DNA of 63,782 nt, counting the filler, from an uncultured Methanosarcinales archaeon (lineage in GTDB: Archaea; Nanobdellota; Nanobdellia; Woesearchaeales; B54-G15): NCBI GenBank assembly GCA_964519225.1. It is 3 parts of 3 records of this genome, joined end to end, with 100 filler letters (N's around TTAATTAATTAA, not from the genome) between each part and the next. Parts side by side here need not be neighbours in the genome. Positions count along the whole stretch, not along the records: positions 1 to 28,016 come from CAZFJK010000010.1; positions 28,117 to 55,267 come from CAZFJK010000011.1; 1 more part is not named here. One strand, written 5' to 3'. A model generated the notes under the pieces. The model was not told where the DNA came from, ran no database searches, and saw nothing but the letters and a program-made list of their open reading frames with translations. Of this stretch, positions 27,885-36,572 are shown piece by piece (within the stretch, counting starts at the first letter, position 1; each line of letters begins with the position of its first letter). The translations under genes were made by a program, and so were the position numbers.

Positions 27885-28016
27885 ATGGTAAGCCATACAA
27901 GGAACACATTGGTTCATGAGGAACTGAGAAAGTTCCTCAAAAGAGTATATCCAAACAAGACAATGCCAAAAGCAACAAAACAAATGGCAGAGGACTTGTG
28001 GGATGACTTGATATAC
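27885..28016 (+). CDS. 57-aa protein spanning the circular junction (continues to position 152)
   Basis: MVSHTRNTLVHEELRKFLKRVYPNKTMPKATKQMAEDLWDDLIY|GKRIRTKYKDKFK*; TGA at 150-152 overlaps the ATG at 149. Confidence 0.75.
27907..28016 (+). repeat. Terminal direct repeat, copy 2
   Basis: Matches positions 1-110. Confidence 0.97.
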
Positions 28017-28116
28017 NNNNNNNNNNNNNNNNNNNNNNNNNNNNNNNNNNNNNNNNNNNNTTAATTAATTAANNNNNNNNNNNNNNNNNNNNNNNNNNNN
28101 NNNNNNNNNNNNNNNN
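28017..28116. other. Artificial contig spacer
   Basis: N-run with TTAATTAATTAA six-frame stop linker. Confidence 0.99.
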
Positions 28117-28169
28117 CAATATACTTGAAGGTATTTTAATTATTAAACGTGCCATTCACCACCCCTTTT

Positions 28170-28226
28170 TTTACTTACAGTGTAAGCATAATATTTACTT
28201 ACGATGTAAGTAAAAGATATATAAAT
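28170..28226 (-). promoter_or_regulatory. Tandem palindromic operators and TATA box of a truncated gene starting at 28155 (-)
   Basis: TTTACTTAC-GAT-GTAAGTAAA (28194-28214) and a similar copy at 28170-28190. Confidence 0.65.
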
Positions 28227-28272
28227 TTATCGTTGATGTTATGTTAATATTTTATCAAAATCTTAGAACTTT

Positions 28273-31200
28273 TTAGTAATCATTCTTTTTAATTACAACT
28301 ATTTTACTAGTAGAAGGAATGTAAACAACCTTTGTGTTTCCATAGTTACCTTCGATTCTAGTTCTGATTGATCTATCTACAGAATGTGGTGAAACTGGCA
28401 CAAAATGCTCGACATATGACCCATCTTTATCAGGAAACAAACCATGTATCCCATCTGAATCGTTATAAGTTACAACAATTCTTCCATCATGATCTACAGA
28501 GCATTTTACTTTATATGCTGCTACAAGCGAAAGATTGTTTACTTGTTTTTTTATAATTTCTCTACTTTTCCAAGAACCTGATTTTTTTACGAACTCCTCA
28601 ATACTTAGAATGTTTGTTCCTAAATCTCCTTGTCCAAATATTATGTGTGGAATTTCCCACTTAACTTTTACATGAATGCTGCCTGAGAATAAAGACTTGT
28701 CCATGGACCATTCACCTACTTCTTCCATAGACCATTTACCATTATGAGATCTTTTAATATAATAAATCCGCCAAACTCTGTTTGTTGTATCTTCTTCAAA
28801 AACACCGATATGTACATCACCTAACTCACCAACATCCCAGCAATCTTCAAGAAGTGGAACATAGGGAATATTTTTAGGGAGTTTTCCCAAACTTTCTAAT
28901 TTATCGTTATCGAAATCGTACCTTACAAAAAACGTAAACAACGCATCACGAACCTTATCTCTAAATTCCAATAACCCACAGTAACCTAAAGGAGTTTTCT
29001 TGAAAGCTAAAGGTGATACTCCCTCTAATTTATATTCTTCACCATCTAACTTAATCGTATCATATCTTCCTACTATAAACTTTTCTTTTATAATTCTCCC
29101 ATCATTCGGATTTATAAGTTTATATCCAACACCGTCTTCTGAAAGATAAACTATAATTAAATTATTATCTTTGACTAAGATCTGAGGATTTGTTCCCTCT
29201 CCAAGTTCAATCTCCCCAAGCGAATTATTTACTAAAAATAATCTATGCTTCTGAAGAGAATCATCATAGAAAGAATAGCTTAAAAATTTAGTACCATTTA
29301 TTTCAGCAACGTCAAAAAAATCAACTCTGTTGCTTAAATTCCAAGCTACACTTTCTGAAGGAGGATGATTTTCTTCTATAAGCTCGACTGTTTTTTCTAA
29401 GTTTATTGCTGGAGTTGCGTTGATCAATTTCCCACTTAGTTCTCCGCCTAGTATCAAAAATCTTCTCAATTGCCTAGGAGTGAGGTAAGGATATTTCGCC
29501 TTTAATAAAGCGGCTGCTAATGCTCCGAATGTAGCAGCAGGGCATGTTCCTTTCACGCTTCCATAAACTTCAACTTTTTGTTTTTCCTCATCATCGAAAC
29601 CTATACAAGCCCGTGCACTTCCAGGAGCCATAACATCAATACCATTGATAGTAGAATTAGACAAAACAGTATATGTGCTTCCAATCTTTTCATACGCCCC
29701 ACACACCAAAAAAGTAGGCATGGCATTTTTCAGCCAAGTGGGGATCCCCGTACTAAGTTCTGCATCTAAAGCTGCGTTATTTCCCGCCGAAATAACAATC
29801 AGAGTATTCTTTTCAGCAGCCGATCTTGCTATGTTCTCCCAAACCTTAGCATATTGTTCCAAAATTCTTTTCACAACAGGGTCGTTTTTATTAGGAACAC
29901 CCTTCCAAGGAATATTAACCGTACAGAGGATTATTTTCTCACCAGCATTCAACAGATCTTCCATTGTTTTACCTAAATCGTTTGCATCCCCGGCTGTTTC
30001 ATATGCCCTAATCTGAAATTCTCCACCGGCAGTTCCTTTTTCATTATCAATACCACCAAGCATACTCGCAACAGCAAGTCCATGATATTTTTGTACAACA
30101 ATCTCATTTAAGCTATCAACTCTTAACTCTGGTCTAAGAGTTAGTCTGCCTTCATTAAGCATAAGTTCCCTGGCATAAATATCAGGATTTCCGCTACGCT
30201 GATCAGTCCAAACATAAATCGATGTTGAGTTGTCTTTACGCGTACTTCTAATGCTAGTTTGAGTACCTTCTATTGCACTATTTAAGATCAATTCATCTAA
30301 CAACGTTCCATCGAATCTGAAAGCCTTTATTACAGCGTCCTCATCCTTAGCGCCTTTCTTCGTATAAGCGAAGACAAGTGCTCTTTCATTTGGATTAGTA
30401 CTATCTTGAAGAACAGAAACGCTTCCAAGCTCGCCATTATCTATAAGTAGTTCAAGCGTGTTTCCTTGTTCGTCTTCGATGAGAGCCTTTATCTCGCCAT
30501 TACTTTCATAAGCGAGTACCTTTCTCCATTCATCCTGACTCAATTTTTCAAAAACAAATATAGGTCTAAGCTGATCACCAGTGTTTGAAACAACAAGTTC
30601 AGCATCAGCAAGTGCTTTTCCATCCCAATCAAACTTCCTTTTGAAAATATCATATCCATTTTGCGAATTTATGTCGCTTGCGTAATAAACTTCAAAACTT
30701 CCATTTTCAAAAGGGAAAATGAAAGGATTTATCTGATTAGCATCTTGAACATCTTCAACAAGGATCTCATTACTTATAGGATCACCGTTTTCAGAATAAA
30801 TCCTTAATTTTAGCTTTGCTTTTCCACTATTATAGTCGATCCAACTAACAACAAACCTCGTTTCAGTTCCATCTGTAATAGCTTTTATAACAGCTTTGTT
30901 TTGTATACCATCAATTTGCTGATTTATTCGAATCCACCTATTCGGGCTGCTGGATTTTAGTAAAACTGCACCAATATCTTCATCACCATATTCCCATGTT
31001 GTATACACTATCATTGCTGAATTTTTTCCGGAAGCGATTCTTGGATTTCTCTCCCAGTAAAATCCTTGTGCTGTTCCTATTCTACGTTCTAACCCGTCGA
31101 TGTTACCATATATTTTCCAATTACCAGTGGCATTTGATTCATATACAAAGACAGGAATTCCATTAATAAGGGCTACATCTGCGGACTGTGCTGCGACTTC

Positions 31201-31995
31201 ATTCCCAAAAACAGAATTTTTTCTTTTTACTTCAACCAAATTATCAGTTACGTCTGAAAGATTTTCAATCCCACCAAACCACGTATCTACCAAACCCAAG
31301 GATAGATTTCCCCCAAAAGTACTATTCCAAAGATTATTTATTCCACTATCTTCGTAGCCCCAATTATCTGGTGGCCTGTATTCCGGATCGTTTGGTTGAT
31401 ATTCGATAGATTGGACGTTTTGAAGAACGTCTAGACTTGCTCCTCTTATTACGCTATTTGGTTTCTTACTTTCATTTATCAAGTATTCCCAAGCAGAATT
31501 CCACTCTTGATCGCTAGGAAACCAAATAGTTATAGTCCTAAGATCTTTTTTTACACTTACAACTTCGTACGTATAGCCCTTTAACAATTGAAAAAGCCAC
31601 TCATTCATCTCAGAAAGAGATGGTTTTCCTTTAAAAGGAATAATTAATCTGTTTTTTCGAATCTTTACGCCATGATAATTAACCACAGCATTTTTGTCGG
31701 GACTTAAAAATTCTATCGAATATTTTCCTCTACATCCGCCTAAAAGCGAGAGACCAGCAACAGCACTCATAGCTAGGCCAGAAGCAACAATTCCAGAAGC
31801 GAAAATAGCGCATGCAATAAGATTCCTCAACTTCGAACCCATTTCATACAAAGGTCTTAAAAACCGTGCAACCAATCCTTCTTTTGCATCGCGCTCTATC
31901 AACTCTTTATCAGGAATAAGCCTTCTGTCGGGATCCCAAGGAGGCAATTCTGGAACCCCAATAATATCCTCTAAACCACCATTTCCACTGTGCAT
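28273..31995 (-). CDS. Large membrane-anchored subtilase (S8) family protein with inserted beta-propeller-like repeats
   Basis: PNDP, GLVDT (Asp), HGLAVAS (His), ISAGN (oxyanion Asn), DVMAPG, GTCPAA at the Ser position. Confidence 0.8.
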   Translation of the reverse strand: MHSGNGGLEDIIGVPELPPWDPDRRLIPDKELIERDAKEGLVARFLRPLYEMGSKLRNLIACAIFASGIVASGLAMSAVAGLSLLGGCRGKYSIEFLSPDKNAVVNYHGVKIRKNRLIIPFKGKPSLSEMNEWLFQLLKGYTYEVVSVKKDLRTITIWFPSDQEWNSAWEYLINESKKPNSVIRGASLDVLQNVQSIEYQPNDPEYRPPDNWGYEDSGINNLWNSTFGGNLSLGLVDTWFGGIENLSDVTDNLVEVKRKNSVFGNEVAAQSADVALINGIPVFVYESNATGNWKIYGNIDGLERRIGTAQGFYWERNPRIASGKNSAMIVYTTWEYGDEDIGAVLLKSSSPNRWIRINQQIDGIQNKAVIKAITDGTETRFVVSWIDYNSGKAKLKLRIYSENGDPISNEILVEDVQDANQINPFIFPFENGSFEVYYASDINSQNGYDIFKRKFDWDGKALADAELVVSNTGDQLRPIFVFEKLSQDEWRKVLAYESNGEIKALIEDEQGNTLELLIDNGELGSVSVLQDSTNPNERALVFAYTKKGAKDEDAVIKAFRFDGTLLDELILNSAIEGTQTSIRSTRKDNSTSIYVWTDQRSGNPDIYARELMLNEGRLTLRPELRVDSLNEIVVQKYHGLAVASMLGGIDNEKGTAGGEFQIRAYETAGDANDLGKTMEDLLNAGEKIILCTVNIPWKGVPNKNDPVVKRILEQYAKVWENIARSAAEKNTLIVISAGNNAALDAELSTGIPTWLKNAMPTFLVCGAYEKIGSTYTVLSNSTINGIDVMAPGSARACIGFDDEEKQKVEVYGSVKGTCPAATFGALAAALLKAKYPYLTPRQLRRFLILGGELSGKLINATPAINLEKTVELIEENHPPSESVAWNLSNRVDFFDVAEINGTKFLSYSFYDDSLQKHRLFLVNNSLGEIELGEGTNPQILVKDNNLIIVYLSEDGVGYKLINPNDGRIIKEKFIVGRYDTIKLDGEEYKLEGVSPLAFKKTPLGYCGLLEFRDKVRDALFTFFVRYDFDNDKLESLGKLPKNIPYVPLLEDCWDVGELGDVHIGVFEEDTTNRVWRIYYIKRSHNGKWSMEEVGEWSMDKSLFSGSIHVKVKWEIPHIIFGQGDLGTNILSIEEFVKKSGSWKSREIIKKQVNNLSLVAAYKVKCSVDHDGRIVVTYNDSDGIHGLFPDKDGSYVEHFVPVSPHSVDRSIRTRIEGNYGNTKVVYIPSTSKIVVIKKNDY

Positions 31996-32158
31996 TTTTT
32001 AAACTCTAAATTATATGGTCTAGAATATAAATTTTTCTGTAAAACTGTAGCATTCGAGACTTTTAAGTGACTTGGCTAATTAGCTGATTTTTCTAGCTTA
32101 TAAACCCAAAACGTTTTTATAAAGAAAAATTATCTCTCTCAAAAAAAGAGGTGAAAAT

Positions 32159-33427
32159 ATGCCAAGAAAACCTATTGCTTCTATTATTGGCGTTGGCTGT
32201 ACTAAATTCGGAAACATTCTAAAAACGCCAGAGCTGAAAGGAAAAACATTCCACGAACTCTGCGTTGACGCAGCATTCGAAGCAATGAACGATGCAAACA
32301 TAGAACCAAAAGAAATAGACGCTTTCTTCATCGGAAACATGGTCAGTCACATTAGCCACCTATACAGCCACAATACTCAGCTTGCAGACTGGCTTGGTCT
32401 TCAGCTAAAACCGTCAATGCATTTTGCAACAGCGTGCTCAACTACAAACACGGGCGTTGGCCTAGCAGCAATGGGTATAGCATCAGGAAAGTTCGACACT
32501 GTTCTTGTCGTAGCATGCGAAATTCTCAGCTCACAACCAACAGACAATCCAATGAAACGCGTTCCAGTCGATCCCGTTGATTTGTGGTACTGGACAGACT
32601 TCGGCGTTGATCAAATCTATGCCTATCACCATTGCTATGACATCGCAACCGCATATGGTGCAATTCCAACAATGGGTTATGCAAAGAAATACAAACTCGG
32701 TCTTGACAAAATGGACGAAGTCATGTTCCATATTCATAAAGTCGTAAGAAAACATTCATCGTTAAATCCAAAAGCATTCGTCGAACAAGACTTAAAGCAA
32801 TTAGCAAAAAGCAAAGGCTACAAAGATGAATTTGGGTTCTGGCGTTCAAAAAACAATCCATTTTTTGCATATCCAACTCGATTGCTAAGCGCATTAAACA
32901 CAGTCGACGGAGCATCTGCATACATCCTTACAAGACCAGACAGAGCAAAGCGCTATCACAAACAGCCAATTGATGTAATCGGCTTTCACTGGACATCAAG
33001 CAACTATCCTTGGTTTAAAGAAGATCCAACATTCTGGCCGCAAGACGCATTAGCATTCAAAAAAGCATATCAAATGGCAAAAATAAATCCAAAGCAAATA
33101 GATTACCTTTATGTCCACGACTGTATGCAGATCTATCATCTCATCTTAAGCGAAACAGCAGGTTACTTCAAAAAAGGCGAGGCATGGAAAGCAATAATGG
33201 AAGGCAGAACCTATTACAACGGCGATAAACCAATGTGCACCTCTGGCGGAAGGCATGGAAAAGGACATGCATTTGCAGCATCCGCAGGCGCAGAAGTATA
33301 CGAAATAGTAAAACAAATGCGTGGCGAAGCAGGAAAGCGCCAGATAAAAAAACCAGTTAACATAGCAGTACAGCACAACCACGGCTATGGAATGCATTCT
33401 GCTGTCACTGTCTATAAAAAGAGGTGA
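32159..33427 (+). CDS. Thiolase family protein (SCP2/archaeal acetyl-CoA acetyltransferase type)
   Basis: IIGVGCTKFG, TACST (Cys nucleophile), DGASA, VHDC, SGGRHGKGH. Confidence 0.93.
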   Translation: MPRKPIASIIGVGCTKFGNILKTPELKGKTFHELCVDAAFEAMNDANIEPKEIDAFFIGNMVSHISHLYSHNTQLADWLGLQLKPSMHFATACSTTNTGVGLAAMGIASGKFDTVLVVACEILSSQPTDNPMKRVPVDPVDLWYWTDFGVDQIYAYHHCYDIATAYGAIPTMGYAKKYKLGLDKMDEVMFHIHKVVRKHSSLNPKAFVEQDLKQLAKSKGYKDEFGFWRSKNNPFFAYPTRLLSALNTVDGASAYILTRPDRAKRYHKQPIDVIGFHWTSSNYPWFKEDPTFWPQDALAFKKAYQMAKINPKQIDYLYVHDCMQIYHLILSETAGYFKKGEAWKAIMEGRTYYNGDKPMCTSGGRHGKGHAFAASAGAEVYEIVKQMRGEAGKRQIKKPVNIAVQHNHGYGMHSAVTVYKKR

Positions 33428-33858
33428 TCCAAATGCCAAAAAAGATCCAAACCCTTAAGACTCCTGTCGCAAAACAGTTTTACGATGGACTTGCAAAAGG
33501 AAAAATTCTTGGAATAAAATGTAAAGATTGCGGAAAATGGACATTTCCTCCAGTAACTGCGTGCAGAGAATGCAACAGCAGAAACGTTCAACTAAAGCCA
33601 ATCAGCGGTGACGGAAAAGTACTTTTCTACTCTACTTCAATACTTCCACCAAAGAAATTCCAGCCATATTCGCCATACGCCTACGGACTAGTAATGCTTA
33701 AAGAAGGTCCTTCCTTCTTTACAATGATCGAAGGACTCGATGCAAGAACACCAGAAGCAATAAAGAAAGGAAATGAAAAACTACCGCTGCCGGTAAAAGC
33801 AAAAGTATCCAAAAAAGCAGGAATGAACGTTGTCGTATTCAAAGTAGTTAAAAAATGA
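33424..33858 (+). CDS. DUF35 Zn-ribbon/OB-fold thiolase partner
   Basis: CKDCG...FPP...CREC followed by OB-fold; coupled to the thiolase gene. Confidence 0.93.
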   Translation: MIQMPKKIQTLKTPVAKQFYDGLAKGKILGIKCKDCGKWTFPPVTACRECNSRNVQLKPISGDGKVLFYSTSILPPKKFQPYSPYAYGLVMLKEGPSFFTMIEGLDARTPEAIKKGNEKLPLPVKAKVSKKAGMNVVVFKVVKK

Positions 33859-34103
33859 ATCCAAAAGAGATAGAAAAAAAGTTCAAAGAAATCGTTGCAG
33901 ATATTTTTCATGTTCCTGTAAGCAAGATAAAAGGAACAACCCGTTTTGTTGAGGATTTAAATGCAAAATCAATGGATATTGTTGCATTGATAGCAGCAAC
34001 AGAAAACACTTTCGGTATAAAGGTTCCAACGCAAGAAGCAAGAAAAAACAAAACAGTAGCGCAGGCAATAGCTTACATCAGGAAAAAACTCAAAAAACAA
34101 TAG
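33855..34103 (+). CDS. acpP: Acyl carrier protein
   Basis: FVEDLNAKSMDIVALIAATENTFGIKV...TVAQAIAYI matches the ACP pattern; Ser39 attachment site. Confidence 0.88.
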   Translation: MNPKEIEKKFKEIVADIFHVPVSKIKGTTRFVEDLNAKSMDIVALIAATENTFGIKVPTQEARKNKTVAQAIAYIRKKLKKQ

Positions 34104-34413
34104 CTACAGCAACAGCAACATTTTCAGCATAACTAATGCTTACTTCAACCCTTTTCTTTTCTTTTCCAATCAAAGCATAGGGCTTTCCATTCGTTTTATG
34201 AAGAATTTCCACATCTGCAAAATCAATTTTACAATCAAATGCCTTTCTAACAGCTTCTTTCGCAGCAAACAATCCAGCTAAATGTAAAATCGCATCTTTA
34301 TATTTGGCAGCGTATTGCTTTTCTCTATCTGAAAAAACCCTGTTCAAAAACTCACTCTTATTAGCCCGCATTCTGAATTTTCGAACATTAACAGCATCAA
34401 TACCAATCATCAT
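34090..34413 (-). CDS. acpS: Holo-ACP synthase (4'-phosphopantetheinyl transferase)
   Basis: IGID, FAAKEAVRKA, NGKP, VSISY. Confidence 0.93.
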   Translation of the reverse strand: MMIGIDAVNVRKFRMRANKSEFLNRVFSDREKQYAAKYKDAILHLAGLFAAKEAVRKAFDCKIDFADVEILHKTNGKPYALIGKEKKRVEVSISYAENVAVAVAIVF

Positions 34414-34415
34414 TC

Positions 34416-35567
34416 TTATCCCGTCAGCTTTACACCAAAAACCCTGAGCGATTCTATTGCTATCATTTTTTCTTCGTCAGTTGGAATAACAAAAACCTTT
34501 ACTCTGCTGCTATTCTTGCTGATCACCCCTTCTTTGCCAATAACTCGTGCATTTTTCCTATCATCAATAAGAACACCAAACTGAGGAAGATGGCTGCTTC
34601 TCTTTCTTACAAGCGGAACATTCTCGCCAATGCCTGCCGTAAAAACAATAGCGTCTGTTTTTTCGAGAATTCCAAGATATGCACTTATGTATTTTCTAAC
34701 CCTGTAGCAAAACATATCAAACGCAAGTTTGCATCTTTTTTTCTGCTTCATGCACTTCAAAATTAACCTCATGTCTTTTCCTACCCCGCTTATTCCAAGC
34801 AAGCCGCTTTTCTTATTCAGCATTTTATCAAGCGAGTCAGCATCCATTCCCTTTCTGAGCAGATGTATTAATAATCCTGCATCAATATCTCCGCACCTCG
34901 TAGCCATCATCAATCCTTCAAGTGGCGTTAAACCCATGCTCGTATCAATGCTTTTTCCTTTTGCTATTGCAGTAATGCTGCAACCGGCACCAAGATGGCA
35001 TGTTATTGCATTCAATCTCTCAAACTTCTTTCCGAGAAGAAAAGCGCATCTCTCTGCAACGTACTTGTGCGAAGTCCCATGAAAACCATAGCGCCTTATA
35101 CCTTCCTTAACACATTCATAAGGAATAGCATAACAATAAGCGTATTCAGGTAATGTTTGGTGAAAAGCGGTATCAAAAACAGCAACATTAACTGCTTTCG
35201 GAAGGTATTTCATCGCACCCCTAATTCCGGCAAGATTCACAGGATTGTGAAGCGGAGCAAGTTCAACATATTTTTCAATCTGTTTCAGCAATCGCTTATC
35301 TATTTTCTTCGACTCTGCAATTTCACCGCCGTGAACAACCCTATGCCCAACAACAGCGATAGTATCTGTATCCATTCCTTTTTTACTGATTTCCTTCAGC
35401 ATCTCCTTTATGCCTTCTTCATGCGTTCTTACTTTCCCGCCTTTTTCTCCTATTCTTTCAATCAACCCCCTCAGCTCTTCATGCAATGCTTTCCCAGAAA
35501 CCAGATAAACCCTGTATTTTATCGATGTACTGCCGCAATTAATGACCAAAACCCTCAGCTCTGACAT
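34416..35567 (-). CDS. ackA: Acetate kinase
   Basis: INCGSTSIK, GHRVVHGG, APLHN, FDTAFHQT, YGFHGTSH, FTAGIGEN. Confidence 0.97.
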   Translation of the reverse strand: MSELRVLVINCGSTSIKYRVYLVSGKALHEELRGLIERIGEKGGKVRTHEEGIKEMLKEISKKGMDTDTIAVVGHRVVHGGEIAESKKIDKRLLKQIEKYVELAPLHNPVNLAGIRGAMKYLPKAVNVAVFDTAFHQTLPEYAYCYAIPYECVKEGIRRYGFHGTSHKYVAERCAFLLGKKFERLNAITCHLGAGCSITAIAKGKSIDTSMGLTPLEGLMMATRCGDIDAGLLIHLLRKGMDADSLDKMLNKKSGLLGISGVGKDMRLILKCMKQKKRCKLAFDMFCYRVRKYISAYLGILEKTDAIVFTAGIGENVPLVRKRSSHLPQFGVLIDDRKNARVIGKEGVISKNSSRVKVFVIPTDEEKMIAIESLRVFGVKLTG

Positions 35568-35570
35568 CTT

Positions 35571-36524
35571 CTATCTGCTTTTCGCAAGAACAGAAACTAT
35601 AGCTATAATTCCGATTATGTCCTCTACTTTTGCTCCTCTTGAAAGATCGCTCAGCGCTTTGTTAAAACCCTGAAGTATCGGACCGTAAGCAAATGCCTTT
35701 CCAAAATACTGTGTTAGCTTATAAGCAATATTTCCTGCATCAAGATCAGGAAAGATGAGAACATTTGCCCTTCCAGCCACTTTGCCGAGATCACCTTTTA
35801 TCTTGCGCTTAGCAACATCAAGCCTTAAAGCAGCATCAGCTTGTAATTCACCATCTATCGCTAATCCAAACCTCTTTCCTTTTTTCTGTGCAATTTTAGT
35901 CGCCTTAATCACTTTATGCACATCAGGATGCTCAGCGCTTCCTTTAGTCGAAAAGCTGAGCATAGCTATCCTCGGCTTTATACCAAGCAGCTTCTTCACG
36001 TTTATCCCGGTCATCACAGCAATATCAGCAAGCTCTTCTGCTGTTGGGTTCGGATTTACTGAAGCATCTGCATAAACATACTGCCCGAATCCAGGAACAT
36101 CCATGATAAAGAAGCTAGAAGGAATCCTGATTCCTTTTTTCAATCCAATAATCTGTTTGCTAACCGCAATAAAATCACCGCTGGTATAAACACAACCGCC
36201 AACCATTCCATCAACATATCCAAGCTTGAGCAATAAAGCAGCAGAAATCAATTTATCTTTAACTATTGCCTCCGCGGTTCTTGCTTTTACTTTACTTAGT
36301 TTAATGTAAGCTTTTGTAAGCTCTTTTTGTATAGAAGAACAATCGATGTATTTAATTCCGCATTTCTTGCTTAGAGCAACGTCTTCTTCAATCCAGCAAG
36401 GAAAAACAGGAACAGCAAAATCCTTGGCTTTTTTGGCAGCCTTCTGTATGCGTTCATCATAGAATTCCGGCAAAACAATCTTCGCTTTAGTCTTCTTTGC
36501 CTTCTGTATAAAACGCTCGGTCAT
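35571..36524 (-). CDS. pta: Phosphate acetyltransferase
   Basis: AMLSFSTKGS, DGELQADAA, FPDLDAGNIAYK, DLSRG. Confidence 0.97.
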   Translation of the reverse strand: MTERFIQKAKKTKAKIVLPEFYDERIQKAAKKAKDFAVPVFPCWIEEDVALSKKCGIKYIDCSSIQKELTKAYIKLSKVKARTAEAIVKDKLISAALLLKLGYVDGMVGGCVYTSGDFIAVSKQIIGLKKGIRIPSSFFIMDVPGFGQYVYADASVNPNPTAEELADIAVMTGINVKKLLGIKPRIAMLSFSTKGSAEHPDVHKVIKATKIAQKKGKRFGLAIDGELQADAALRLDVAKRKIKGDLGKVAGRANVLIFPDLDAGNIAYKLTQYFGKAFAYGPILQGFNKALSDLSRGAKVEDIIGIIAIVSVLAKSR

Positions 36525-36572
36525 AACGTACGGTAAATAAATTTTTTATATAAGCTTTTTCTTTTTCAAAAC

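Larger units (their letters stand above)
1..28016. mobile_element. Putative complete circular archaeal virus genome (~27.9 kb), probably of spindle-shaped type
   Basis: 110-bp terminal overlap; ORF continuous across the junction; two opposed transcription blocks; capsid-like paralogues, adhesin, ATPase, primase-helicase and recombinases; archaeal TATA/BRE promoters; no terminase, portal or HK97 genes recognised. Confidence 0.85.

Noticed and set aside
1..28016. Tailed (Caudoviricetes) virus or simple plasmid
   Set aside because: No terminase, portal or HK97 capsid recognised; the extensive virion-like membrane module argues against a plain plasmid
28017..28116. TTAATTAATTAA palindrome inside N-runs (also 55268-55367)
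   Set aside because: Artificial six-frame stop linker; adjacency across it has no biological meaning
27907..28273. Contig 1 as a provirus integrated next to the subtilase gene
   Set aside because: Separated by a spacer; the terminal repeat lies inside a viral ORF and is not an att pair
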